Assembly (NCBI GenBank): GCA_004431415.1
Contig: QPMI01000411.1
Coordinates: 124,001-188,000 of the forward strand
Length of the DNA: 64,000 bases
Reading direction: 5' to 3'
Origin: Cyanophora paradoxa CCMP329
Lineage: Eukaryota; Plantae; Glaucophyta
The number at the start of each line of letters is the position of its first letter. The first letter of the stretch is position 1. Both the position numbers and the translations under genes were made by a program. The notes beneath the pieces were generated by a model, which was given only the letters and a program-made list of their open reading frames with translations, did no database searches and had not been told where the DNA came from. Positions 12,386 to 24,769 of the stretch are shown here, one piece after another.

Positions 12386-13965
12386 ATGACACGAACAGAG
12401 GCGAGGGCTGCGGCCCGGCGAGCGAGCATAGCCGCGACGCTTCTTCTCGCTCTGTGCACGCTCAGGCCGGCAGCGGCGTACAGTGGCTACGATGTGACCG
12501 TCTATCACAGCGGCCAGGACTGGCCGAACTACCTGCTTGCTTTCAACGTAGTGCAGCGCTCTCAGTTCTCCATATGCGCCGCAGGTCCGCCGGCCTTCGC
12601 GCCCTACGCCCTGCATCTCCCGCCTCCGGCGCAGGATCTCGTTCCAAAGATCAGCTAACGGTGCGTTCGAACCATGCAGTTCCAGCTAGTGTTTTCCCGA
12701 ACTACGGGCGCGTGTTCGTGGCGACGGATTTCTCCAGGTGCGGGCCCCTCCCGCATGGGCACCTTCGTCGCGCCCACCCGCGCCGCCCGCAGGTTGCAGC
12801 AGTATGGCATGGGGGGCAAGTATCGAAGATTTTTTGAAGCTTCGATCATGTGCTGACTAGCGACCGCAGCGTGGAACGGCGGCGGCACGACGGGCTTCCC
12901 GTCCGCGCCCTACGCGACCAAGATCGGGGACACGTCCTACAAGTGCGCCTCTCCCCCCCCGCTGCTGCGCGTCGATGTTCGGACGCCCCGCGCTGACTTG
13001 GGGCGCAGGTACATCTACAATATCACGTGCGAGCATCTGCGGCCTCACTGCCTCGCCGCGCGTCTCACGGCGATCTCCCCGCGCGCGTGCGTGCGCAGCC
13101 TCTACGCAGACAGCAACTGCAACGTGATGATGGTGCGAGGGGCGACCGCACGCGAGCCGAAGCGGAAGCGGTCGGTGCTGAGGCGCCTTGCGGGGCGGGG
13201 GCGCAGCGGAGCAAGTACGCGTCGAGGCCGCCGACGGCGGGCAAGTACGCCACCTGCGACCAGGACGTCAAGTCGGCGGACCCCGAGTTCAAGGCCCCGC
13301 AAGCGTACTGCGAGAGCATGAACTGCCCCCCAGGTGCGGCCCGGCCGTCCGGCGCCCCGCTCCTCCCTCGGCCGACGGGGCGGGGGCAGGGGACAACGGG
13401 CACAGGGACGCGTCGTACCGCGCGGCAGACAGCGCCGGCGACGGATCCCTCGGCGGCGCCGAGTGGGTGCGCGCTGGCGTCTCTCTCGGCTCGCGCCCTT
13501 GCTTGCCTCTCAACGGCCCCTCCCTCGCCCGCCACCGCAGAACTACATGTCCGCTGATTACAAGGCCCTGACCGTGCGTCCCGCCCTCTCTCGCGCGGCG
13601 AGCGGGGGTGCGCCTCGTTCCGACCGCGCCGGGCAGATCGGGCCGTACTACACGTGCACGGACGCGGCGGGAGCGCAGGTCGACTTCGTGCCGCAGAGCA
13701 TCCGCGTGCGCGTATACCTCTACAAGATCCCCCAGCACATCGAGGTGCCCCCTCCGGCCCGCCCCGCAGGGGGTACACCCAGTCCTGACGGGCGGCGACG
13801 CCTGGGCGGCAGTTCAACCTGTTCGAGCCGACTTCGCCGCCGATGATCGCGCTGGCGCTCGAGGGCTGCGTCAAGCTTGCGGGCGCCCTCGTCCTCCTCA
13901 TGGCCATGATCATGCTCCCCGTCTTCGCCTTCGCCTACAAGTACCGCGGCCGCCCCAAGATGTAA
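12386..13965 (+). CDS. Secreted/type I membrane protein of unknown function (Cys/Tyr-rich ectodomain)
   Basis: Signal peptide (SIAATLLLALCTLRPAAA), about 10 short exons, and a C-terminal hydrophobic helix followed by a basic tail (LAGALVLLMAMIMLPVFAFAYKYRGRPKM*). Confidence 0.7.
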
Positions 13966-14742
13966 GACGAAGCCCCGCCACCACCCCTTCCCCTCCCCTC
14001 CTCTCCCCCGCCCCGCCCCGCCCCTGCCCGGCCCCTCCCCTCCAACCACCTCCGCCTCCTCGCGAGCGCTCCCTGTCTCCCTCAGTGCTCAGTGTCCGCG
14101 CTCTGCGTTGCAATCGCATCGAACCCTCGCCCTCAGCTCTGCGAACTTGGAACTTGCGAGGGGCGCGTAATACCGTGATACTCAGTGACCCTCGTGCAAG
14201 AAAAGACAAGAACTCCAGCTTTGCAGATCGTTCAACGGTTCCGAATTCGAAGTTCCGGGGACCGGATATCGATATCGATCGTTTCAACGGTTTGCAACAA
14301 GCGTTGAAGCTTGATCATGAAGTCTAGCTATATAGACTTCCTTACGTACGCGTATACGTAAGCTACGTTGCTTGGACTAACATAGTATGGGCTACTCAGT
14401 GACTAGTCTAAGCTAAAAGCTTAAGCAATCAACATAAATTCAACCTGGTATTTAGAAATCCTGAGCAACTAACATCCGTATCTTTGCACTGTACATGTAC
14501 ATGCACGTATACTTCCGCAAAATTGATATCACACAAAATTCTACGCTGCTTGCCCTCCACCGAAAGCTTAAGCCGCTGAGCTGTACATTCAATGAAAATG
14601 CGTGTAGCTACTCTGGATCTATGTAAGCGACAAACCACTGCAAAGAGCATACACAGAAAAGCAAAACAAAACGCGCATCAAAAGCTGTTCAGATGCGACT
14701 CCAGGTCCAGCTGCAGAAAGGGAGGGAAATCGAAAGGCTAAT

Positions 14743-15688
14743 CTAGATGGCCTCGCCCGGCCGGGGCGATCGCGAGCGGGGCCGGCAGGCGTCCTCGGAG
14801 GAGGCGGCGCGGAAGGGGCAGGAGCTCTCGTGGGGCACCAGGGAGAGCGTCCTGGAGACGACGTGCCTGAGGCCCTCCTGCTTGCAGAAGGCGCGGTCGA
14901 AGCCGGCGGCGCGGCAGCGCTCCCGCAGCGGCCGCGAGTGCACGTCGAGGGACGTCCAGGCGACGAGCACCGCGGCCGAGGGCGAGGGCCCCGGCGCGCC
15001 GCCCCCGCTCCCCCCGCTCGACTCCGCCTTCGCCTCCGCCCGCCGCATCGCCTGGGCGACCTGAGAGCGGGGTATCGGCGCCTGGCGCGACAACGCCCGA
15101 GGGGCCCCGCTTAGAATGCAACTAATTACCTCGGGGCCCGTCAGGTGAGGCATCTCGAAGTCCAGGACGCAGACGTCGAATCGCGAGGCCCTCGCCGGGT
15201 CGCAGAAGGCTTCTACTGCTTCCTGCGCGCGAGCGGAAGTCCATGCCAGTTAGAGGAAGCTGAATTCGAAGTTCCTTAAATAAGGCGCGGCGCGCACCCT
15301 GCCGTCGTTGACGGATCGAAAGGCGGCATTGGGGCAGGCGGCGGTGAACGCGCGCCGGGCCATGGTCCTGTTCATCTGGCACGAGGGCGTCAGGACGAGG
15401 GAGAAGTTGAACAAGAAGCAGATTTTGCGAGCGCACCAATTCGTCGTCGGCGACGAGAATGTGAAGCGGGCAGGCGCAGCGGGCTTTCAAAGCCTGGGAT
15501 TTTGAGATGTCGCTCCCCGCGGTCGGCGACGGCGGGGCGGTCGAGGCATGGGCATGGGCCAGGTCCGCCGCGATAAGTAGAGGTGTGAAGAAGCTCCCTT
15601 CGGCATCGCTGCTGGATCCGCAGGAATGTCGTTGAAGCGACGGCGGAGCGGACGCTCCGCGCTCTGCGCGCGGGCGCCGGCGCTCCAT
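14743..15688 (-). CDS. Stand-alone response regulator (CheY-like receiver domain)
   Basis: Stitched exons give LHILVADDEL / MNRTMARRAF..VNDGR / EAVEAF..FDVCVLDFEMPHLTGPE / VAQAMR..VLVAWTS..CRAAGFDRAFCK. The acidic pocket (DDE), phospho-acceptor Asp (LDFEMP), Thr/Ser and conserved Lys are all present. Confidence 0.88.
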
Positions 15689-16511
15689 CGCGTCCCGGTT
15701 TGCGCAAATGGACCGGCGGCGGCTTTGCGACGTCCGTCGCGCCGACAAATCGACAGGCTGAAGCGGAGAAGGGAGCCGCGGCCGCGACAACCTTCGAAGC
15801 ACGATAGCCAGCCTGCACTCCATTTCCAAAGAAAGGTGAAGGCTGCTGATTCACATACGCGCCACGGCGGCGAAACAATGAGACGCGATGCCGCTTCCCG
15901 CGCGTGTGTTGCTCCGAATCGACGTGCGAGTCAAGTCGATGCTTCCTCCGCCGTGTCCGAGACGCTCCGACTACAGCCGGGACAGCTGGCTAAAATGGTT
16001 GCGCACATGTACAGCTACTTTAATCTGCAGGCTGCAGCTGGCATTCTAGATCCAGAGTCCAGACGGACAGACGTCGACAACGGTGGAGCATGCATATGAG
16101 CTTGACGTCGACTGGCAGACAGTAGTGGCAGTACACGGTACAGTTCGAGTGACTAGTAAACGGGTTCAGCTGTAACGGTAACGCCCGCCTTCATGGGGCC
16201 GGCTTTGAACAACTCCGAGGCTCGTATACTTCAATCCGCGACCGTCGGCAGACCGAACCGGCGCGCCAGCGAGGCCGAAGGTTCCGAACGCGGCTGCATG
16301 CCCGGTGCATGGGGCCGCATGGGCGTTGCTTGCTCCGATCGCTCAGAAAGTAGCTACATCAACAGCTCAGCGGGTGTCTGTGCTTGCTAGCGCTGGCGCT
16401 AGCTCTACGCCGCGCGCTGGCGAGCTGGCGGACCCCAGGAGGAGCTGGCGGGGGGTACGTTGTTGCACCATCGGCAAGCCTAAAGGCACACGCCTGGTAC
16501 AGGGAGTCTGA

Positions 16512-17964
16512 ATGAGGAGCCGGGAGCGTCCGCGTGGCGCAAGCTCAAGCGGCGTCGCCGCTGCTGTGGTCCTGCTGGTCGTGGCGAGCACTCTGGCGGT
16601 CGTGTGCGCAAAACGGGCATTTGATGTCAACAAGGATTACTACAAGGTTACTGGACCCGTCGCGCAGCGCTGCGCCGTGCGGCGGCGTTACTCGTCCCGC
16701 AGACTCTCGGCGTGGAGAAGAGCGCCAGCGCTGCGGACATTAAGAAGAACTATCGCGAGCTCGCGCTCAAGAACCACCCAGGTGCGCCGGTCTTCGCGCC
16801 GCGCCGGTCTTCGCGCCGCGGCCCGCGGCCCGCCCTCATTCTTTACACCCGCCCAGACAAGAACCCGAGCCCTGAGGCGGTCGACATCTTCCGCGAGATT
16901 GCCGAGGGTGCGCCGTGCTGCTCGCCGCAGCGCTCCGCTCGCCCGGCGCTAAGGCCAGCGGGCAGCCTACGAGATCCTTTCGGACGAGGACCTGCGCAAG
17001 GAGTACGACGATGCGAAGGAGAACGGCCTGCCATCCGACGAGTGGGAGGCGAGCCGCGGGCCCCGCTGCCCTCCCGGCGCCTGCCGCCGCCTCCGCCGAC
17101 TCGATCCGGGGCGCAGGTGCATTACTGGGGCCAGTTCTACAAGTATTACGCGGGCGCCCCGCACCACGAGCTCGCTCCCACGGTCGCCGTCCTCATCGGC
17201 GCGCTCCGCCCGCGCGCCCCCTCTGCCGCCGCCTCGCGCCGCAGCTGACAAGCGCCGCCGGCGCCGCGCCTCAGGCATGTTCACGATCGCGCAGTACGCC
17301 TACAGCCGGTGCGGCAGGCGCCGCGGGGGCGGCACTCGCCCTGCCGCCAGCCCCGCCGACAGGGCGCCGCGCGGGGCAGGTACCGCTACACAGTGAGCAG
17401 GGACCGCTGCATGAAGCACCCGATGTTCCGGCAGCGGGTGAACCTCATGATGGCCGAGCTCCGCGCCAGTAGCGTCGGCTCCGCCCGCGGCAAGAAGGCC
17501 CGTCTTGAGCCCCGGCCTCGGCCTTCCCGCCGGCGCCACTCCACGCCTGAGCGGGGCGGCAGACGTCGAAGAGGGAGGACGAGGAGCTGCGGCGGGTGGC
17601 GGAGGAGCGGGTGAAGACGGAGCAGCTGCGGCTGCTGGGGCGGGAGCCGCCCAAGGTCAGCGAGCTCTACGTCTTCGCGCTGACGATCTTCCTGCCGTGG
17701 AACTGGCGCGAGTGGTCGCGCTGGCTCAAGATCCAGACCATGTGGGCCCTCAACATGCAGATCTCCGTCGAGGACCGCATCTGGATGCTCAAGTCCATGA
17801 AGGGCCGCACCGAGGAGGACATGGAGAAGCTCGGTCCGCCCCGCGCGCCGCGCCCCGCGGCGCGCGCCCCCGCCCCGCCTCACCTCGGGGCCCCGCAGAC
17901 CAGCTCGAGAAGCGCCTCAAGGAGGAGGAGGCGAAGCGGAAGGCGGTGCGCGGGCCCCCGCACC

Positions 17965-18015
<51 letters not shown>

Positions 18016-18150
18016 CGCTGTGCGTCCTGACGCGCCGCCGGCGCGTAGAAGGAGGCGGAGGAGGCGGAGGAGGAGAGGAGGGGCGGCGGCGGCGGCGGCT
18101 CCTCGGCCGCCCGCCTCGCCGCCACGGGCCTCCGCAGGCGACCTGGCTAG
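16512..18150 (+). CDS. J-domain co-chaperone, DNAJC25-like (ER membrane)
   Basis: Signal/TM segment, then [32 protein letters not shown] (HPD motif split by an intron) and AYEILSDEDLRKEYD. Followed by TM segments and PKVSELYVFALTIFLPW, typical of DNAJC25. Confidence 0.88.
17971..18014 (+). repeat. C44 homopolymer inside a DnaJ intron
   Basis: Uninterrupted run of C, directly visible. Confidence 0.9.
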
Positions 18151-18311
18151 CCCCGCCCGCACACTTCCCCCGCGCCCCCCTCTTTCCTCTGCCCCCTTTC
18201 TTTCGCCCCGTAGTTTACGTAGGTCTAGATATCGCGCCCCGTGAACCTGCGTCTGCCAGAATTCGGCCACACCCGCCGCGAGCTCGCACTCGCGCCCGCA
18301 GACATGCGAAA

Positions 18312-18365
18312 CGGCTGTGCGAGGTTTCTGTTGGAGACCGGCTGTGCGAGGTTTCTGTTGGAGAC
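18312..18365. repeat. Perfect 27-bp tandem duplication in the convergent 3' intergenic region
   Basis: cggctgtgcgaggtttctgttggagac x2. Confidence 0.9.
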
Positions 18366-18408
18366 ATTCTACTCTAGAAAGCTGTGCCTAGACACCTGAA
18401 AGCTGCGT

Positions 18409-20543
18409 CTAGTTGCCGGGCGGGCGGTACTTCCCGCCGGCCGCGGCCGGCTGCTGGCTGCGGCCTGCTGCGGCGCCCTGCTTGGAGCCGCCCGCCGCCG
18501 CGCCGCCGCCCCGCACGGCGCCCTGCCCGCCGGCAGCCCGCTGCTGCTGCTGCTGCTGCTGCTGCTGCGGCTGCTGCGGCTGCTGCTGCTGCGGCTGCTG
18601 CTGCCCCGAGGACTTCGGGGCGGCCTGCTGGGCCTGCTGGCCCTGCTGGCCCCACTTGCCGCCCTGGCTGGCGCCCTGGCCGGCGCCGGCGGCGGGGGCG
18701 CCCTGGGAGGCGCCGGCGGCGGGGGCGCCCTTGGCGGGGGCCTTGGGGGAGCCGCCCTTGAGGAGGCTGGAGAGGCCGCCGCTCTTGGCCTGCTGCGGGA
18801 GCGCCTTGAAGATCCGGATCGCGTCGTTCTCCACCTGCCCGGCGGGGGTCCGTGAGACCGGCGCCCGCCCCGGCGGTGCACGGGTGCGGCGGGGCGCGCC
18901 TGGAGGGAGAGCTCGGGGTAGTGGGCGCAGACGAGCTCCGCGATGTCCCGCACCGAGGGGAAGCACTGCGACCCCGCCGCCTGCCGCGCGGGGTACACAA
19001 AATAAGGACCCGGGCGAGCGCTCGCGGTACCCCCCGCCCGTCGGCCGCACCGTGCTGCAGGCGTCGTACCCCACGAAGAGGTGCGCGTCGTCGATCACCT
19101 GGGGCGGCGTCAGCCTCGCGGGATGCGACCGTGCCCCCGCCTCCGGCTGGACCCCGGGGCGCACGACGACGGACTGCTGCGCGTAGGGCCACTCGAAGAT
19201 GGAGAGCAGGTCGAGGATCACGGGCGCCTCGCCCGCCCCCCGCACCGCCTTCTCCGCCGTCGTGTAGTCTGGGGGAAGGGCAGGGTGAAGAATCAGGGGT
19301 ACAGCGTCGCTGGTCTCAGGGGGCGGCTGGAGGGCGCGCACGGGCGTCGAGCCAAAAGAGGGCGGGCTGGCGGAGTTGCGCGAGCACGGAGGGGAGGATC
19401 GACGCCGAGTCCCCCTGGTACAGCCTCACCTATGGGGGGGTACCGCCGGCGCGTCAGGGGCAGAGCCGAGGCCGCGCACAGCGGGAAGAGGGACGGAGGG
19501 GGCGCGGGCCTTCCGGACGTTCGCGAAGAGGGTCGCGGCGGACTGGTAGTAGTACGGGGAGAGCTCGATGGAGTGGAGGTCGTCCATCTGGGGGGTACGG
19601 TCGGTCGCCTCCGGGGGCAGGAATCGGGAGCGATAGAAGGGCGGGGCGGGGGTACCGACTGCATCATGCCGAAGAGGGTCTCGCCCTGGTACGTGCCGAC
19701 CTCGAGGAAGGTCTTGAGGCCGTGCTTCTTGGCGTAGTCGCGCAGGACCTGCGACGGCGGCTCGAGGCGTGCGTGCGTGCGGGCGGGCGAGCGGTCGCGC
19801 AAGAGGGGCCGGTAGGACCTGAAGCTTCTGCTTGCCCGGCGTGCTGGGGACGCGGTAGTCGCGGACGTAGGGGCAGCGCAGGTCGAGCTTGCGGGCGAAC
19901 GCGTGCCGGATCGCCTTCAGCACGCTGATCTGCCCCTCCTTCCGCTGCAGCGTCTCCTGCACGCCCGACGAGCCCGGCGAGCCCTCGCTGTCCGCGAGCT
20001 GCGGCCGGCGCTCAGCCGGCACGGCGGCCGGCCCCGCTCGGAACGTGCTGCAGGCGCACCCGCATGTTCAGCTCGTGCCGGCACGTCGCCAACTCGCGCT
20101 GGTAGTACTCCTCGTCGACCAGGCCGGGGGCCCGGCCGCCGGCTCCCCCGCCGGCCGACCGCGTCTGCGCCCCGGCCGCCACACCGCCGCCGCCGCCCCA
20201 GCCGCTTGCGGCTTGCCGCGCGGGCTGCGTGCCAAAGCTGCCGTCGGTTTCGAAGCGCGCCGACGAACTCTGCTTCCCGAACTGGCCCTGGCGGGTCAGG
20301 GACTGGCCCTGGCTGGCGCCGCTGTCCTCATCTGCAGGGCACGCCGCGCATTAGCGCGCCATCTTAAAGCGCCGCGGTTCAAGACACACAGCCGGATTCG
20401 GAGAACGAGGTGGCGTCGGTGGCGGAGAGGAAGTCCTTTTGTGAGGCGCGTTCGGGCTTCGTCGCCGGCACGAACGATACTGCGACGAATAGAAGCACGA
20501 ACGGCACAATCAGGATGCCCAGGACGGCGGGCGATATCCTCAT
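18409..20543 (-). CDS. Type II membrane-anchored class I SAM-dependent methyltransferase (Methyltransf_24-like) with Q/G/A-rich tail
   Basis: N-terminal anchor MRISPAVLGILIVPFVLLFVAVSF; motif I FLEVGTYQGET; SIELSPYYY; LYQGDS; ALFWLDAHY; IDDAHLF. Poly-Q is encoded by the CTG/CAG repeat at ~18540-18605. Confidence 0.8.
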
Positions 20544-20707
20544 CGTTACTCGTTTGCGCGCGAGACGAGGACGGGCCTCCTTCCCAGATCACTCGTACCC
20601 CCTCTACTTGTATGTATGTGTGAAGCGCCTGAGTCAGACAAGAGGAGTTGATGAGCTCGAGCGGGACCCCTGCCAAGAAGAAAATCAAGCACGACGCCGG
20701 GGAGCCG
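20544..20707. promoter_or_regulatory. Probable bidirectional promoter (methyltransferase / Ariadne)
   Basis: Only ~164 bp separate the two inferred divergent ATGs. Confidence 0.5.
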
Positions 20708-23037
20708 ATGGCCAAGTCGGGTAAGTCGGCCTCTAGCTTTCCTACCGTCGCCTGCGCGAGCGGAGGCGGCGCGCATCTGTGATGGAAAGCATTGCAGACA
20801 TCCCCGCTTCTCGTCCTGACCGCTTATGGTGCGCAGACGAGGAGTTCCAGGAGATGAGCGACGACGACGGACAGGCTCTGGACTCTGACGACGATGCAGG
20901 CTTTGCCTTCGTGGAGGAACCAACCCTGAGCCGCCCCAAGGAGAAGGCGCTCACGGAAGATGGTGCGCAAAGCAGTTCTTCCCGCCGCATTCCTGACCAG
21001 TCCCCGCTCACGTTCCTGCCGCGTGCATATGCGCAGACATCATCCGTACACAGCAGAACGTGAGAGATCCGCGCCGAGCGACGCGCCTCCTCGTCCCCCC
21101 GCTTACGCCGCCGATCTTCTGCTCCGGGCGCTCAAACGCAGGAGATCGAGAAGGTTGCAGAGGTCCTAAGCGTGACGAAAAGCGTGGCGGGGGCCCTCCT
21201 GCGCCACTTCCGCTGGGATCAGGAAAGGTGCACCAGCGGCACCCTGAAATCGCCCTCTAGCGCGAGGTGACGTGCCTCGCCAGAGTGCTTTCCAAGTGCT
21301 TCGAGGATGGCGCCGAGAAGGTTGTAGCCGATCTTGGACTCACAGTAGAGGAAGGAGAGGACGTAGTGGCGGGGCCGAGCGGTGTCGTCGACGGCGATCC
21401 CATCTGCGGGGTGTGCTTCGACAGCGAAGTCAGCATTCGGAACCCGTGCGGCCACGGCTTCTGCGATGCTTGGTGCGTTCACTTTGAATGGTCGCTCGCC
21501 GCGCACGCTCACCGTTGCCTACGTAGCTGGAAGCAATTTTTGACGATTAAAATTGACGAGGGCGAGAAGGCGATCACGTGTGCAGCATTCAGTGCGTGCC
21601 CTCCTTGTGCATTGCACCGAGTGCGCCGCGCCGAGCCGCCCCCGCGCAGAGTGCAAGGCGCGAGTGCCCGACAGCACGATCGAGAAGGCCGTTGAACCAT
21701 CAACGTACCAGAAATATAAGAGTGCGCCAGCCTGTCCATCGCGCCTCCGCGGCACGCCGATTCCGCTGCCTGCAGGCTTCCTCGCGCGCTCGTTCGTAGA
21801 CGACAACCCGAACGCGAAGTGGTGCCCTGCCGCCAACTGCGGGCGCGCCATCAACAACCCGCCGAACAAGTCAGCCGTCAAGTGCGACTGCGGTCACACC
21901 TTCTGCTTCCACTGCATGAACGAATCGCACGCTCCCGCGCGCTGCCACGACGTGCGGCCACCCCGCCTCTGCCAATGCGCCCCGCGGGCGGGGGCCGACC
22001 GAGCCCGCAGGTCAAGCTGTGGTACCAGAAGTGCAAGGACGACTCCGAAACCTACAACTGGCTCTCCGCAAACACACAGGACTGCCCGCAGTGCAAATCT
22101 GCAATTGAGAAGAACGGCGGTGCGCCGCGCCCCGCGCCCCGCGCTCCGTGCGCCACCCGGCGGCCGAGCGCGCGCGGCGCGCAGGCTGCAACCACATGAC
22201 CTGCAAGAAGTGCAAGTTCGAGTTCTGCTGGGTCTGCCAGGGCGAGTGGAAGCAGCACACAGACTACTACTCCTGGTGCGCCCCCGCCCCCCAGCGCCCG
22301 CCCGCGCGCTCCCGCGGTCCTCCCGCCCACGCCCGCGGCGTGCAGCAACCGGTACGACAAGAGCAAGCCGGACGACAAGGCGACGAGCAAGGAGCGCAGC
22401 AAGGCGGCCCTCGAGCGCTACCTCCACTACTACCACAGGTCCCTCGCCCCCCCGCTCCGCGCCGCGCCGCGCCGCCCCGCGCCCTGAGCCGGCCCGGCAG
22501 GTACCTGAACCACGAGAACTCGCTGAAGATGGAGGCGCAGCTGCGGGAGAAGGGCGAGGAGAAGATGCGGCAGATCCAGGAGAACTGCGCCACGCAGACC
22601 TGGATCGACGTCCAGTACATCAAGAAGGCCCTCGACCAGCTCCTCCAGGCGCGCCCCGGCTTATCTATCCCGCAGCCCTCGCCCGCCCCCCTCTGACCGA
22701 CCCGCCTCGCCGCGCAGTGCCGGCACGTGCTCAAGTACACGTACGTCTTCGCCTACTACCTCAACGACCCGCAGGAGAAGAGCCTGTTCGAGTACCTCCA
22801 GGCAGGCCGCGCGCCGCGCCGCTCCGCTTCCTCCGCCCCCCGCTCACGTCTCGGCGGCAGGACGAGCTGGAGAAGACGACGGAGAGCCTGAGCGGGAAGC
22901 TGGAGGAGGAGACGGACAAGTTCGTCAAGGCGGACATCCTCAACCTGACGCGCCTCGCCGCCGTCCGCCTCAAGCACCTCCTCGACGGCGTCGAGACGGG
23001 CCTCACCAAGGACGCCCCCGCCTCCGCCTTCGCCTGA
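20708..23037 (+). CDS. ARI: Ariadne-family RBR E3 ubiquitin ligase
   Basis: Acidic N-terminus; RING1 [15 protein letters not shown]; [28 protein letters not shown]; RING2 [30 protein letters not shown]; Ariadne domain [25 protein letters not shown]. Confidence 0.96.
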
Positions 23038-23431
23038 ACAGCCGCCCCGCCGGCCCCGCCTCCCCTTCTCCCCCGCCGGGCCCCTGTAGACTAACTTTTC
23101 TTCCGCCCGCCGCCGCCCGCCCCCGGCGATATCGATGGGCGTGTACAGTTCGACCCCCTCCCCCTGGGTCGTTTTTTCTGCTGTTTTCAATTCAAATTAA
23201 AGCCGCGCCTGTACCACCTGTGGAGGGCGCGGGGTCGGGCCGGGACAAGGGCGCGAGTGCGGGCTTTCGGATGCGGATCCGGAGCTCATACACAGTACAA
23301 GGCGGGGCGAGGAGCAGGGCGCACGGGGAGGAGGAGGGCGGAGAGGAGGGCGGAGATCTAGGGGACTGCCTGGCTAAGCGAGCTGTGGATGCTTCTGGCG
23401 TGGGACGCCCAGCGGAGCACAGCAGCTTGCC

Positions 23432-24660
23432 CTACTTCGCGGCAGCGGCCGTTGCGGCCGCCGCCGCCGCGTGCTGTTCCCTCGCCATGATTGACGCTGC
23501 GCGCGGTAGTTCGAACGCGAGGCGCGAAGTGAGCGCGGGCGGGGCGCCCCGCACCTCGCCGCGGGACAGCGTGCACTGCGTTCTGCACGGCGCTGCGGGG
23601 CGGGGGCGGGGGTGGTGAGCCCGGCGCGCGCTACGGGCAGCGGAGGCGCGTACGCCATGTCGAGGGGGTTCTGCCCCGGGGCCATCTTGAAGCTCGACCG
23701 CATGTTGTTCGTCACGGCGTTCACGGCCTCCGCCATCTGCCCCGCCGCCCGCGGTTGTCGCCGGAACGCGAGGAACCAGCGACGCCGATGCGGAGGCGGG
23801 AGCGGTAGGGGCGCCGCACCGTCGGGAGGTGCAGGATGCCCGCATGCACCAGCCGCGTCTTGGCGTCCGCTGTGACCTGCGGCCGGTCGGGCGGTCGGCT
23901 GGACGTGCGCGGAGCCCCGCGGGATCCCCCGCTGACCTGGGGCGTGGGCGGGTTCTTGACGCCAATCTGTGCCAGCGTCGGCACGTACTGCGCGGTCTGT
24001 GTCAGGCCTGCCAGGCTGGATCTGAGACGGCGCGGCCCCGACCAGGTCGATCAGCTTCTTCAGGAGCGGGGCGTTCGCGCCGATGACGATGTCGATGAGG
24101 GCGCCTAGCTTGTAGAAGAGGAAGATGGGCTTCGACGTCGTGGGCCGCTCCTGCAGGTCTCGCACCAGCCGGTGCTCCACCTTCCAGTACTTCAGCTTCT
24201 TGTCCGCCTGGTCGAGCTCAAAGTAGACTGGAGCGCAGGGCGTGAGACCGAGAAAATGCGCGCCGCGGTGAGCGGGCAGCGCACTGTACTTGAGATTGCC
24301 CAGAGTCGCCTTGCACGAACCCCATTGCTCGCCGTACGCTTCTATGACTGCAGCGGAGGAGTAAGTAGGCTGGACCCATCGTAAGCGCGGCCAGCAGCCC
24401 CAGCCTAGTGCGGCGTTGCGGTAAGCGGCTGCTGGTATGGTCCGCTAGCTATGCTCAGAGCTAGCAATCGTGCTCCAGCCCCTCTCGCCGACCCTGCTGA
24501 GCCCTCTTTCCGTAGTGGCATACCTTTCAGCATCGGACTGTTGATCTCCTCCTCTGCGCACGGGAGTGAGCCCGCTCGTACAGAGAAGTGTAATTCCGGT
24601 GAGTGGCTTACCAAACTGCTCCACTGTCGTAATCTCATCGACATCGAATTTGGTCGCCAT
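23432..24660 (-). CDS. Thioredoxin-fold protein, axonemal dynein light-chain/NME8-9 type, atypical active site
   Basis: MATKFDVDEITTVEQF..VIEAYGEQWGSCKATL..SKPIFLFYKLGALIDIVIGANAPLLKKLI. The P-x-FLF and GANAP motifs are typical of TRX_NDPK/dynein thioredoxins. Confidence 0.75.
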
Positions 24661-24769
24661 ACTCGCTGCTGGCTTTTAGCTGGCCGCTTTTGGTGCTTCG
24701 AAACGCGTACCCTTGTGTCATCCCCCCCCCCAAGCAAGTTTCAACACACCTCTCGCGACAACAGCCAAC
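24661..24769. promoter_or_regulatory. Probable bidirectional promoter (thioredoxin-like / CHCHD2-like)
   Basis: Only ~109 bp separate the two inferred divergent ATGs. Confidence 0.5.

Noticed and set aside
18413-19186. ORF with a poly-Cys tract (metallothionein-like)
   Set aside because: It is the antisense reading of the CAG/poly-Q tail of the methyltransferase gene.
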